Below, piece after piece: positions 47,301-60,930 of a DNA stretch of 64,000 nucleotides (positions within the stretch are counted from its first letter, which is position 1; each line of letters opens with the position of its first letter). This stretch comes from Leidyana gryllorum EB-2025a. Lineage: Eukaryota; Protista; Apicomplexa. The notes below the pieces were generated by a model. The model did not search any database. It saw only the letters and a list, made by a program, of their open reading frames with translations, and was not told the DNA's origin. Both the position numbers and the translations under genes were made by a program. The DNA lies in the NCBI GenBank assembly GCA_048772705.1, contig JBLWGC010000109.1, positions 124,001 to 188,000 of the forward strand, read 5' to 3'.

Positions 47301-50300
47301 GAAACAACCGTAAAGGTTGTGACGTCTGTTACTGAGGAACACATTGACATCCACGGATCTCATCCCAACTCTGCTGCACCTTCTGAGGAAGAAGAAGGGT
47401 TACTTTCGGACGAAGACAGTGAGCTAATGTCTGAGAGAGCGGTTGAGGAACCTGCCGAGAGGGTTCTGTCCAACGGGAGTCTCCGGTCTGAGGAAGACAG
47501 AGACCTCGAGGGAGTCGAGTTGTCATCCGAGGCGGAGCCGGAGGAGATGTCTACTAAAGAGGGACCCTCTGCTGCTGGCCAATTGGTGAAAGCAGAGACC
47601 GAAAGTGAGAGTCAAATCGAACTCGAGGTCACTCTTCAAAGACCACCAGAGGAGGAGTTGTCCATGCCGACGGGGCCCGAGTCGTCTCTGAAGAGCTATG
47701 ATGATGAAGAGCGTCTGTCCGAAGACTTGGGTGGCGATGGATTGCAAAGTACTACGACGATAGAGACCCGCACTATGAATTCGGTTCGGTCGTTGGACAT
47801 GGACAGAACAGAAGTCGAGGAGGAAGAGATTGTGAACAAAGTCATTAAGCAAGAAGCATCCGACGACCACCACCACCAATTTGTCGAAGAGGTGGTCGTT
47901 GTTGAGACAAAGGTTGATGGACACTTTGGAAATCCCAAGACGAACGTCACTGTTAATCAAATAGTGTCTATTGAGGGTGGCGATGATGTGCAGCGGCCCC
48001 TCCCAATAGGGGGTGGGGGAGAAATGGAGTCGGTCATATTGAGTAACAGCAGTGTGGTAGAAGTTGATGGAGCGACTACGACGGATGAAGTGCGATCTGA
48101 GGACGAAGTAGTCATTGATGGAATGGCTTTCGGCGAGGCAGTCGACGCTGCTGCCTTCACTAAGAAGGGCGGACGCAAAATGCTAATCTCAACCACCACC
48201 TTCTTGCCTCCGAAACAACAAGTGCAAACTGAAGCAGTCACTACGACGACCACCACCACTCGAAAGATCATTTCCACCACCCAACCGCCCATTCCCGCCA
48301 ATGACACCGAGAACGGATCGCTGAGATCAAAAGATGACTACCGAACAAACTCTGTCGGATCGCCGTTAGTGGACGATTTGAGCAGCGAGGAAGGGAATAT
48401 GGACGCTGGAGTGGACTCTATCAACGAGCAACGAGTCGTTGCCACAGAGTCAACTGTGAGAGTCGAAGAAGTCACCATGGATTCTGCCAAGACCCATTCT
48501 GTCTTGGAGAAAGATGAGCACATTGCCCACCCGGTGAGTGTAGAGGGGGCATCTTCAGCATCCAGTGATCTGTTGGACGACGACGAGGAGATTAGTTGTC
48601 GCTGTGCGGAAGGAGGAGGCCCGCGCGTTGTCTATCAGGAGGAGGAGGACGACTCTGTCATGGAAGAGACGGTGATTGTTGTGGAGACCGAGACACTGTG
48701 CAGCGGTCACACCAAGACTCACAACACAACAGCCCGCGAGGCTAATGTGGTGGAGGTGGTGTCTGCATTGCCCGCCTCGTCCAGCGCCTCGTCCAGCGAG
48801 TTGGAGGTCGAAGTCCAGCGTGTGGAAGAGGACGGCGGCGAAGAGGACACAGTGGAACAATACACAGTGGTGACTCAGGTGGTGGAGGAAGCAGAAGTGT
48901 CTGTGGCGGGAGGCGACTCGTTGGACTTGAGTTCCGATGAGCCCGACATCAGTAGCGAGAAGGCCACCGAGCCGGACGTGGACGCATTGAGTATTACCAT
49001 CAGCGACTGTGAAGGAGAGGGAGAAGACACGGCTAAATGGGAACGTGAGGTGGACGAAGAGGAGGTTTTGACTTATCGCTACAATGGCCCCACACGGAAA
49101 CTGATATCCAGCAGCGGATACGAAGAGGAAGAGGAGGACGCGAACGCCAGTAGTGAAGCGCTCGGGAGTGAAACGGTCGAAGACTCACCCACTTCACCCA
49201 CCACACTGCGCGAGCCGATTCCAGAAACTGACGTTGCGACTCCTCGTCAGCGTGGCAGCACTCTCAATTCTCTCGTGGAGATTACCGGTAAGATTCAGTA
49301 CAATTTTGTGACGACATTAACATTAACGTTCAGAGGAAACCACGGTGGTCCAGATTTGTCTAAATCAGAATCCCGACGTGGCCGACATTGTTTCGCCTCT
49401 CCCCGCTGACGGCCAAACCACTCCCACATCGGGAAGTGAGGGCTCATTCGAGACCTCGGATGGGAGCGCCGAAGTGATTGTCACGCGTGCAGAGTTCTTT
49501 GCGGGAGGCAGTCAACCGGACGGCGAGGGTCGGAGCTCGCAGGGCGTTGAAGTGGGCGTCGCCACTGACGTCAAGAATAAGCCACACACCAGTAAAAGCA
49601 GCAACGGCAGTACCGCTGCGAAAGAAAACTTGAGTGGAACTTCTTCAACGCCTCAAATCAGCACCTACGAGAGTGTTCAACACACACGGGAAGTGCATTT
49701 GTACTCACGAACTTCCTACTCGGAGGAGGAGGCCACTCCTCATCAGGATGGAGGCCGACCGCGCTCTCTGACATCGCACACTTCCGAGGCATGGAGCCAA
49801 TGCGGAGTCAAAGAGTTGCCTGATCTGGATGACACTTCCAGCGTGGACAGTCGAGAGGACAACGCAACCGAGCGATCCATCATCGAGTTGGAGGAAGTGG
49901 TCACAGTTCAGGAAGTCGTACACGAAGAAGTGCTGAGCGAGAGTGACAGTGGCAGCGAGCTGCTGAGCCACAGCGAACACGAACACGAGGTCACAGTCAT
50001 CGAACAAAGCCGATACTCTGCTCAAACGGTCAACACCGGCCGCGTTGAAGTTTCTCAGACTACACAGACAGTCGACCAACAGGTCGACACTCCGAGACTC
50101 ATCCAACAAGAAGAAGACAACTCGAGTGTGTTCAGCAGCTCTGAGGCCCCCGAAGAAGATCTGCCGATTGTCGAAACCGAAGACGAACCGGGAGTCCAAG
50201 CGATCGAGCAAACCATCACAACAGTCACAGAAACTTTGACCACTGTAACACAACCGATTGCTGAGGTCACAGAACCCGTCCGCGTCCCCCTCCCCGTCCA

Positions 50301-53300
50301 ACCCACCACCGACGAAGAGTCAATCAGCGAAGACGATCTCCGTTCTGTATCGTCTATGGTCTCCGAGGCGAGCAATGGTCAATTAGTTGTCGAGGAGCAG
50401 CGTGAAATTGTCCTCTTGGAGGAAAGCATTGAGAGGGAGGAGATTGTGGTGAAGAGTGAAATCGATATGGACGATGAGGGCAGCTCCTCGTCTCTGCTGG
50501 AGGAGGAGGATAACGACGACCACTTCGATGACGAGAAATTCGCTCCCTCCGAAGGCGAGAGTGAGACAGCAGACCACGGAACCCTCGACATAGGCTCCAG
50601 TGCCTCCGACACCCCAGGCGAAGGCGACAATCGCACCGTCACTGAACCCGCGACAGTGGAGGAAGAGACCAAACCGGCCTCGCCAGCGTCGGAGGTCTCA
50701 GTCTCGATATCGAGCGAGTCTGTTGAGGTTGTAATCGAGAGTGACGGAGAAGACCTCAAGTCTGTCTCGTCGGCTTCGACTCACCCTCTGCGGGCAGGTG
50801 GCAGTCTCTCCTCCATAGAGGAAGAGATGGCACCCGAGCAGCAACTTGAGACGATGGAGGAGAAGACGGTGACAACAACGACTCAGGTGGTCACCCAGGA
50901 CGTGCAGGAGGACGAAGTGGCGGAGGAGGAGGAGGAGGCGACTCCAGTCAGGATCAGTACCGTCGGATCTACGCTTCTGTCCAGCCGCTCCGACAGTGAA
51001 CCGTATGAGGAAAAGAACGCAGAGCCCGCAGTATCAGAGTCTCACGAGATACCCACAATGCCAGCGACTTCCGGGGCGGACAACCTCAAGTCTGGTTCAT
51101 CGATCAGTCTATTCGAAGAAGTTGAAGATAAGGCCGAAGAGTCCGAATTACTGTCAATGTCGACCAAACGGATGGACGAAGTGTCGTTGAGTCACACCGA
51201 CCTCAATGTCGGTGCCATGACAGCCAGAACGCACGTGGCGACATCTCAGGACGTCCAGTGGCAGGCTGACGAGTCCATCACTCAGAGCCTACAAGAGTCC
51301 ATCACTCAGAGTCTGCCACAACCCGACAGTTCTCTCGACGTTGGTGGAGATACTCTGATGCCTGAGAACGAGGAGGAGTCGAGACTGGTCTCATCCTCAT
51401 CAGAGGACCGGACTTCAGCTGAATTGCACGAAGTCACAGAAACAGAAGACGACTATCTCTCAGTTTCAGCAGAGGCGAGTACTGTTAGTGAGGGTACGGA
51501 ATCGGGAGAGGGAGAAATTACAGAAACAGCGGCTGCCGTGACCGTCACTGTTACTGAGACCACAAAGATCGAGCAGGACGCGAGTGTTGAGGCCCGATGC
51601 ACCAAAATTCACGTTGTCGACACTACCAACACTGTGGAGAACACCGCTGTCCAAGTGGAAGAAGTCAAAAATATCATCAATGCCACCATCTCCAACACCA
51701 ACGACGAGGAGTCTACGCCTCAGTCTCTAACCCCCGACGACGATGTTCCAATGCCGCATGTACACACTGAAGAATCTGTTGAAGTCGTGATCGAGACAAC
51801 CACTGAACACACTCGAGGACGCGAAACTTTGGTCACCGGTGAGCCAACAGTCTTTGAACCTCGAAGTTTAGATATCAAAATCTTCGCACACACAGTTCCT
51901 TCGATCCCCACAAAGAGTCGCGAAGAAGACTCAGAGGGATCCAGTCCAACCATTCAAGTATCTGAGGTGGACCAGAATGGAGCTGAGCATCCACTCAGTC
52001 CCACTCATCACCAGGACACCAACGCAGGAAAAGATGGGAAACCCAACCCTGATAACACTTATACGCAGATCGTTCAGACTGTGCACACCACCACTACCTA
52101 TCCCGAACCGAAACCCTCAGACTTGACAGAACTTCCAACGGTAACTACATACACAGTTCTGGAAGATCCAGAGGTGAGTTTATCCGCTTTGACACATGAA
52201 GCACTCTCTCAGATCGTGAGAGAGTTGCCACCGGGAACGGTCGACATCTTCCGCTCGATCTTAGTCAAGCTGACCCCAGGTACGCAGACGTGTTTATGCT
52301 GAGCCAGCCAACTGTGCTCCATCACCGCAGACGCTCAGTACCTGTGCGCATGCTGTCATCACCCGGTACAGTTGGCCACCTGGAGGACTGTAGGCACTCA
52401 GAGTCGCAAGCGAGTGAGTCCTACGGCCTCACAAGAGGGTGATCTGGACGAGGTGGAGATTGAGGACGAGTACGTGGCAGGTGGACGGTCAGATCGCCGT
52501 CGCGGAGATCGCAGATCACGTCGCGAGTTTGTGGAATACGAGGAGTACAGCGAGTCCGACGACGCCTGGGCTCCTCATAAAGGTTCTCAGGAACGTCGCG
52601 CTCGGATCTTAGAGGAGGTGGAGGAACGAGTACTCGTCGAGACTGAGCAAGCGATGGTGGAGATGTGGGGGAAAGCAACGCAGACTGAGACGGAAGACGA
52701 GTCTTTGCCCCAAATTCCGGAGGAAAGCACCACTGAAGAGAAGGGTGGTGTAACGGTCTGCGAGTCTGTGGAAGCTCAGACTCAAACGGACATAAGCGCG
52801 GCTCTGCTGGTGGAAGGCCGAGTGTTCGATGTCGTGACCGAGGATGAGGTACGAGACAAGGAACTCGAAGTCGAGTACCAAACACACGCCGAGAAGAATG
52901 CTGAGGGCGTTGAAGCAGATGCTGAGCTCGTAGCATTGGCGGAGAATCAGATGAAAGCCTCGACTTCAACCCAAACCGGCGAGTTCGGAGTCCATTTCCA
53001 CTCCCACACACACGAGCACGTACACGATCACCTCCATCAGCACCGTTTCGACGCTGAGGCCTTTCCAACCCAAACTGTGATCTCTTTCGCTGCCTCACCC
53101 GTGATGGCGGGGCCGAGCGGTGTGACAGTGAAGGCGCGAGGCGGCAGTGGCTACCGCAAGACCGCTTCGGTGTACTCAATGTCCCTCTCGACCGAACCTC
53201 GATCTGCTTCTCCAAGTCCGACTCCGAGTCCTTCTCCGTTGGGCGAAGGGATGCCGGAGTTTGAGCCACCGTGCATTCCTCCTCATCCACCCATGACGGA

Positions 53301-55126
53301 GGAAAGCAGTGTCAGTGAGCATGTGGTCGAGGTACCCGAAAGGCCGCATTTGAGTAGCACAGACTCGGCTGCTAACAGTTTGACTGATGATGGAATGACG
53401 CACGATGTCATAACCCCCCGTCAACCTTCGGTGGCCGCCCACGAGATGACAAGTGTCACATATATGACCAGCGAGACGGTTGGGCAGTCTGAGTGTTACC
53501 CGAGTGGCGAGCAGTCGCCGGATGATGGAGCCTCGGAAGAGTCCATCGGGGTTCACCACTCTGACTCGGTGACACCGCCTGAAGTGACAGCTCTGCTGCG
53601 CGGTCCTTCACAAACTATCAGCGACTTCCCACAGTTCTTATTTCCGGAAGACGTTGAGGATTGCAGCGAGTTCGATGGAAGTGAGAGCGGCACTGCCAAT
53701 AGTGACTCCTCCAGACATCGTCATCTGGCCAACTCTCTGGAGACGTTGAGACTGTTCCGACAACGGTCCGTCAACATCAGCCCCATTCATCGGGGACCGC
53801 AGAGCCCCACCAACGCTGGAATCCCCAAACAGTTCCCGACCAAAGCCACCCACTACAAAGCCGTTTCCCCGACTCACCCATGGGCAGTGCTCTTCATTAC
53901 CGACTGCCCAAGTCAAAGCGACCCCACCGTTGGCTATGTCACTGTTCAGGTTTACATCAATCAGCCGGTTTTCATGAAACCAGAAGATCGTAACCAACAT
54001 GGACCCTTCTCGATGATCTCTCAGAACATGGTGAAACACCGACGTTCCACTTGGGCACAAAGACGAACAGCTCAAACACGCCTCTATGAGGCCTCTTTGC
54101 TGTTCACATGTCCTCCTCCCCGAGGACTGCCCATTCACCAAGATATTGTTCAAAGCTTTGAACACGTTGTCAACAATGAGCAAATTCGAACCATGGCGAC
54201 CCGAGTGCTGCAACGAATTGTGTGCAGCGCAATTCCACTCAAGTGTCTAAACATTCCCGCTAAATTGGGTCTCTGCTGGTGGGTTGGTGCCGGCGCGCTC
54301 AGTGAAGGCGCTATCGTGGCGCGAAACGAGCTCACCGGCAGAGCTGTCATATATTCCTTCAATCACTCAAAGGAACCGCGCCTCCGTAGCCGGGCAAACC
54401 TTTGCCGTACCATTGGAGGCTTCATCACCGGAAGACTACTCCGTGGCATTCCTCCGGGACAGTTCCAACTCGATGATAGGCCACTGGGCCCCTATAATGG
54501 TTATCCTCGTAAGTCCAGTACCCCCTTGTTGTTTCCAACCCCTGCCTCGCCCAATAGTCTCACTGGAGAAGGCAATGGCTGACTACGACATCGTCGAAGC
54601 GATAGAACGGATGTTCCCTGAAGGCGAAGGACTTCAGGATGAGGACTGGCGCTTGCAGAAGGTCAATGAGGAAGTACAGCGTTGGTTGGTAGCAGCAGGA
54701 GTGGCCTTGGAGAGTAGTCGTCTCCGAACTATCGCAAGTGCAGCTCGTCAAGGGCACTTGAAGTATGAGTACACTTACTCCCTAGGGTTCCGAGGTCATG
54801 TCAGTGTCAACGACAGTATGGGATTCCTTGGCAACTCGTCTCCTGCACTGCCAAGACCACGCACTCAAACAGCCCACGCTCGGCTGCCGGTCTTCCTCAT
54901 GGAAGATCGACTGTGCATGATCCGCGGTGCGGAGAAATTGAGCCCAACTCTACTGTCTTCAGTGCCCTACCGATCGCATTTGATGGCCGAGGCTCTGACT
55001 AGCGTTGCCAAAGAGACTGAGCTCAAGCAGATCGAAGTTTTGCTCAGCTATTTGCGGCTGAGCTTCGCTCAAGCTCATTGGTTTCTGCTCAAATTGTTTG
55101 ATTTCCAGACCCAAAACACTAAGTGA
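41301..55126 (+). CDS. Giant (~4,500 aa) acidic Glu/Val/Thr/Ser-rich repeat protein with a compact C-terminal domain
   Basis: Exon 1 (41301-41462) splices in frame to the 2630-aa ORF. Short introns near 49288, 52174-52371 and 54510-54557 link the 985-, 736- and 280-aa ORFs. Confidence 0.75.
44620..45040 (+). repeat. Coding tandem repeat, about 5 x 87 bp (29 aa: DREFVDTKQHIVIDTEQRVDGDAVSVNSE)
   Basis: Near-identical units starting at about 44641, 44728, 44827, 44914 and 45001; one unit carries a 12-bp insert. Confidence 0.93.
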
Positions 55127-55246
55127 TTCTTTTCCACTTCACGGGGCTTGGCTTAGGCCGCAAGCTTGTTCCTAGCTATTAAATTGTGTGAACATTGGTC
55201 TGCACAGGTCATGTCGGAGATATGGTCTACTCCAAATTACTATCTA

Positions 55247-56559
55247 CTAAGATGTCTCATACACCTTCCGCTGGCATAGAGGACAAATGGCGCGGGTCAG
55301 CCTGAAGGTACAGAGTCAGATCGGTAATTTCCAGAACGATCGAACACGTGTGCAAACTTACAGCCACTTGTCAATACACGGTGGATGGAAGATGTGGAGA
55401 CAGACGGGCAACTTCCTCAGCCTTTCGCGGTTTTGGAACTCCGCGAGGCAAATCGCACAAAGATCTGGGTCGCCCCCTTCTTCAGCAGGCTTTGCCCGAT
55501 ACTTGATCGTCGGAATGCGGGTGATTTCATCCTTGCGACTCAGATTTTGGAGCCGCATCTCTTCATTCCGATTGTACATTGCCCTCCGTTCCGCTTCGTT
55601 CGGGAAATAGTAGTAGAAACACGCCAACGTCAGCATTAGACGCAGCATGGAGGCAAGGATCTGACGCGGGGAAAACAAGGCAGATGATGTATATGATCAC
55701 GAATGTGCCAGACTCGGCTTTTCCACAAGCAGAGCATGGGGTTGAGTGACTGACTTACCACACCGACCGAAACATGAAGAAGGTAGGGACTGTCATGGCA
55801 TCCTCCGCAGGTGGTGACCCAATAGATTCCCATTCCGAACCAGGTATAGGCTAAGAGGGAAAGGATCTTGCTGAAGCTCCACGCTTTGCTTGAGGTGAGC
55901 TGGTTGGTTCTGAGGCGTTATTTTGCCGAGAGTACTGCGTTTGGGGAATGACAGCTCACCCAAACATAAGGCGTGTGACTTGCTGATGAGCGAGCCATCT
56001 AAGCCGTAAGGAGAAAACAAGTCGTAGAGGTAGTTGTACGAAGGCTATAATACAATTAACTAATAGCCAGAGCCTACAGGGCGTTGGAGTGGCTGGCAGC
56101 GCCGAGTTGAAGGGTATTACCGTAATGGTTTCTGGCAGTAGGCAGCTTGATCCCAGTATTTATAAAGGTAGAGAACACACGGTGCCGCAGTTCCGGCGGC
56201 TGAGACAGTGGCGACATACATGACTCGTCTGCGATACGATCAAGAGGCGCTTGGCGGGCATATTAGGTACCTCATGAATCGAAGTCCCGTTTGCGGATGG
56301 ACCACAAGGAGATCCATAAGAGGATCCCGGTATCGACGAGCATCATTCTCGGTACCAAAGAAGAATGCGAGAAGGCCGGCATGCATCATGTAGAGCAATC
56401 CTTTGATACAGAACTATGGGAATTGATTCGCGAGGGTCTCTTCTCCTCGGCCCTCACTTTGGCAATTTGAAGCAAAACAATACCAGGCCCCGAAGCTAGC
56501 AGTAATACTTCAGATACACAGAGCACAGCGACTGCAGAGGTTGTTTCTATGCCTACCAT
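55247..56559 (-). CDS. Transmembrane RING-H2 E3 ubiquitin ligase (multi-exon)
   Basis: CAICLAEF...LRKLPVCLHIFHPPCIDKWL spliced to LTRAICPLC; several upstream TM segments (WFGMGIYWV). Confidence 0.85.
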
Positions 56560-56609
56560 CCTACTTCCAACCCTCTTCCCATAAGAGAGGGAAAACTACT
56601 ACTCCTCTC

Positions 56610-57085
56610 TCACAAACCCTTATCTATACGGCAGAGGGCATAGAGCTCAGCTCCACTCATCTCACTCAAGGGCTTTAACAGGTTGTTGTCATCCCCCTCT
56701 TCTTCAGACTCGTCGTCGGAACTCTCGGCGCTGTCCTTGTCAACCTTGCCAGCGATATCCAATGATCGCTCTGCAGCTATACGGTTGAACGAGTCCTCCC
56801 ACCAGGGTTGCCACTCATGCGCTTTGGCCTTGTCTGCTCCGAGCTGCACACAGTCGAAAGAGAGGGATATATAAAACGGGTTGGTACACGGCTCACCCCA
56901 AGATTCTCTGCTCTGCGTCTAATTTGCACTGGCTCCAATATGCCGTCATTGTTCTTCCCGAGTCCTTCGCCTTCTTGCCATCCGAACTTCTTCAAAAAAG
57001 CAGCACCAAAGCTGGACGATACCTCCTTCGACGAGGTTCCAGACAGTGAGAGCAGGGCCTCCTCATACTTCTTCCGACCCCCCAT
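56610..57085 (-). CDS. G-patch domain protein (GPATCH4/PinX1-like), 2 exons
   Basis: SFGAAFLKKFGWQEGEGLGKNNDGILEP..LG spliced to LGAD..WWEDSFN. Confidence 0.85.
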
Positions 57086-57095
57086 GGCAAAAAAA

Positions 57096-58699
57096 ATGGC
57101 CACTGTGGCTGCTCCCCCGGCCGACCAAGATAAGCTGCGCCCCTTGAAGAGAAAAGCAGAGGGCCCTTTGTTTCAGTCCAAGCGTATTCGACTGGCCGCC
57201 TCACCACTCCACCTTCAACCGCCATTACGTGTGCGCATCACCCACTTTCCTCCCGTCATAATGCAACCTCCCCTCGAGCACCAAGCCGTTCTGGCTCCTC
57301 CCACCCCCCGTGTAACCAACAATGCGCTTGATGGCGCCTTAGTAGTCCAATCCTTGCGGTCACAGCCCTTTGATCCTCAACGGGTCCGTAATGACCTCCA
57401 AGCCTACCGAGCGGAGGTCGGTCGTCGAGGGGTGCGTCTAGTCTACCTTTCTTTCTCCCCTCACACTCTGCAAACAGACCTCCTGGCGGGCTATCGCGCA
57501 CCCTATACGTAGTTTGTATGAGAATTTGAAAGTCTCCATAACGGAAGTGCTCCGATACAACCGTTCCACTGCTCCTCCTCCCCGTGTAAGTTCTTTTCCT
57601 CCCGAGATATCACACCAGACCCACTCCGCAGCCCGAATGGATCGCGGCAGCTGAGAGTTCCCGCTTCGTTGAAGTCACACCTGAAGAAGCGGCAAAGGTA
57701 GAGTATCTGCTAGAAACCGTTGACGACGACCCGTGCACAATCGTTGCTGAGGTCGATGGCATCACCCTCACCAAGTAAGACAAGTTGTGGTGGGCAACTC
57801 GCTCGACAACAAGCCCTGCAGACGCGATATGCGGTGCCTGCGGAGCGGCGAATGGCTGAATGACGAAGTAATAAATAGTTATATGAATCTCTTGAATGCG
57901 CGAAGCCGCCGAATGCATGAGCAGCGCAATCTGCCACTCGCATATCATTGGTCTACCTTCTTCTATTCCTCACTGACTGCTGAAGACAGCTATGGACAAC
58001 GGGAGTACACCTACAATCGTGTTCGAAGATGGACCACACGCAAGAAGGTTGATTTATTCTCAATGGATCTCGTCTTTATGCCGATCCATATCAACAAAAT
58101 ACATTGGGCACTGGGATGTATAGATCTTCGGTAAGCTTTGTCTTCCGGCCGATCCCGGACATCGCATGATGCAGGAGCAAGCTGATCTTCTTCTTTGACT
58201 CACTCGGAGGGATGGCGGAACGGGATTTTTTCGACACATTGCTGAGATACTTGGACGATGAACATCAGGATAAGAAGGGTAAGCCACCGTCATATGCGCG
58301 GAGACACAACTCATCGTATACACACACACGAACACACACACACACACTTACTTAGGTTCCCCTCTACCTGACAAGGATAAGTGGATGTTCGCGGGTAACA
58401 ACTTTGCGTTATCGGTATTTCTGCCTCGTTACAAGTTTGACATGTTGACGGGGCCTGATGCAATGCGAGACAACTCGACGTTGGTTGTGGAGGTTCCGTT
58501 CCAGGACAACGGGTCCGATTGCGGGGTTTTCGCGTGTCAATATGCGGAGAGCCTGGGGCTGTTGAGGTTCCCGTTTGAGTTCAGTTCGGAAGAGATTGGG
58601 ACGCGAAGGCACAAAATGGTGGGTGGCACTAGAAAGGTTGTGGTTAACTACTAGCATGTTCAGGCACTGCAAATTATCAGAGGGTGCATTGATTCCTGA
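57096..58699 (+). CDS. ULP1: Ulp1/SENP SUMO protease (C48), multi-exon
   Basis: WLNDEVINSYM, STFFY, VRRWT, PIHINKIHW, FDS, QDNGSDCGVF (His-Asp-Cys triad). Confidence 0.93.
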
Positions 58700-58701
58700 G
58701 G

Positions 58702-60887
58702 TCAGTTGTCTTTGTGGTGGGCGAGCTCCTCTGTGATGGTGGGCGCATCTAGACCAGCTGCGAGACCAGCTGCAAGTTGCGCTTCCTGTTTGGCTGCTTC
58801 TTTCCGTGCACGAGCAGTACTGACATCTATCAAGTATGCCTGGCATCGCTTGATGCAGATGCGGAACTGTATCATCAACTGCTGTTTGGGTATTCCGAGC
58901 TCTTTTGCCACGACAGCGGCTGCAAGCGAAGATTGAGAGAAAGGAATGGCGGGGAACAACAAGACCTACGTGATTTCTGCTGCAGACCAATGCCGACGAG
59001 TGCCGCTTGTTGGAACAATTCTAAGTGGAGCGGGGGGACTCCTTCGGCGTCCTCGCTCGGAGGCAGTCTCTGACAGAGGCCTTGGGTGAAAAGGAGTCCC
59101 AAGAGTGGCCAAATGTCTCCCACGAGGGAACCTTCCATGCTAATCTGTAGATGCCGCTCCAGTCTCTCTAGATCAAAGGCATCGAAGAACACTCGGAGCT
59201 GCGATGAGGATAACAATTGACAATTGATCAAAGATTCCATCGGCAACGTACCCTGCGTGCATTGAGGCCCCCATTGTCAGGCAGCAGTTTCCCAGCGAGC
59301 GCGGCAAAGTGAACACTGATCACCGCAGCCAGCCGGGAGTCGATATTCCGATACGTACCCCCCAGGATGATGGGCCAGGAGCTGACCATAGCGTGCTGAA
59401 TCTCTTTCACCCATTCGACGCAATCTTTCTTGGTGAAAACTCTCATATATTGCGCAACAAATTCATGGAGGAGCGGATCCACCCAACGCTCACATTTCAC
59501 CAGACTGAAACCCAAACTGATCCAGAAACTGAATGATCTGTGCGACAACCCTTCATTCACAGTCACAACCTCTGCGCCCTTCTTGCACTCGAGGTACTCT
59601 GCATTATCCAGCAGAGGCGCCAGACCGGTCGGATCCGCCCATCTCAACTCCTTTTCGACGCCCTTAACGGGACCCTTCCTCCCAACATACTCCAGCCACA
59701 GCTGCACGCACCTCTTGCCGTACCCTTTTTTCTCAATCTCCGGGTGCACAGCCATGTGAGTAATCTCAGCCACCGTCCCCATCACCGCCGGGTCGTACTC
59801 GTCAGGCGCTCTGCCTTTGTATTTGCTCACAAGAGCCGCCAGCGGCTGTGGCTTTTCCTCCTTGACATCCGTCCGTGAACAGAGGACGAATACATCGTAG
59901 TTCTCAGAGTCTTTCAACACCCCCATAAACTCCTCCTCAGTCACCACTGGCCGCGCTCTCGCGACAATTGACCCTATTTTGGCCAATAACGCCTCCGACT
60001 TGTCGCTTCCCGATAACAGAGTCGTGGTGTTGACTTTGTACAAGATACAAGCCCTGGGCGGGGGGACCTGCTCGCGGTTCTCAATAAACCAGGGCGAAGC
60101 CACATCCACCCGCAGCGACTGTTTGGGATCCTCCCCAACATACTCGTCAAACTTCACTTCACTGAAAAGCGGATAGGCACTGTTGTGTGTGTGTTCATTG
60201 CGCGTGACTTCCTCCAGCTGGTCGAACAGCTCGTATTGCCGGTAGATGGACGGTGATCCGGGGCCTCCAGTAGACGCGGCCACAACGGTCATATAGTTAC
60301 CTGAGCGATAATGGATGAAAAGGCATTTTGCAGCCGCCCTTACCGAGCATTGTAACGACCATATTTGGGGGTAATAGAGTGGCTTCATCCACGAGTAGCA
60401 GGTCAGGTCTCACAAGTCTTTGAATTTCAGAGGGGAATACATACTGAATTGTTTGACGGTGTCTCGCGATCTTTCCCCTCCCCATTGTCAACCGAATGGG
60501 AACAAAATCCACAATGTTATCAATGGTCTGTTCGATCACATCATCAGCCTTGTGCCTCTGATGACTACTGTCGATCTTGTCGATTATGTAATCTGCGCCC
60601 TCGTGATACCCCATGGCAGCTAAGCCGTGTTGCGCCCATTCGAACACCTCGGCAACCATCCCGGGCTCGCGGGCGGTGACGAAAACATTGCGCATGTCCA
60701 CTTCCAAACCATAGGCAGCGGCCAGTCCCAGAGCAGCACTCTTGCCAGTCGAACGGGGACCACTTATCCCGACGACTCCCCCAGGAATGCGAGTGCTAAT
60801 CAAAGTCCTCAGAAGTCCCAAGGCAGCTTCCTGGTAGGACGAGAGTGGTGGGAGATCCAGGCCATATGACGACCCCCGAGGGACCAT
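58702..60887 (-). CDS. Divergent N-terminally truncated NAT10/Kre33 paralogue (copy B; multi-exon)
   Basis: GPRSTGKSAALGL, VFVTA, QTIQYVFP, LLLVDEA, GNAT motif HMAVHPEIEKKGYGKR, C-terminal FDLERLE..GLQQKS..AKELGIP; introns including 60343-60301. Confidence 0.85.
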
Positions 60888-60930
60888 TGTGACTGTTTTT
60901 TTTGAGCGGTTGTTAATTCAGAGAACTGTT

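Noticed and set aside
54575-54582. Apparent ATGGCTGA start/stop overlap between two ORFs
   Set aside because: A 48-bp intron (54510-54557, GTAAGT..AATAG) joins the ORFs in frame, so this is one gene.
58318-58348. (CA)n tract in a Ulp1 intron
   Set aside because: Ordinary short microsatellite.
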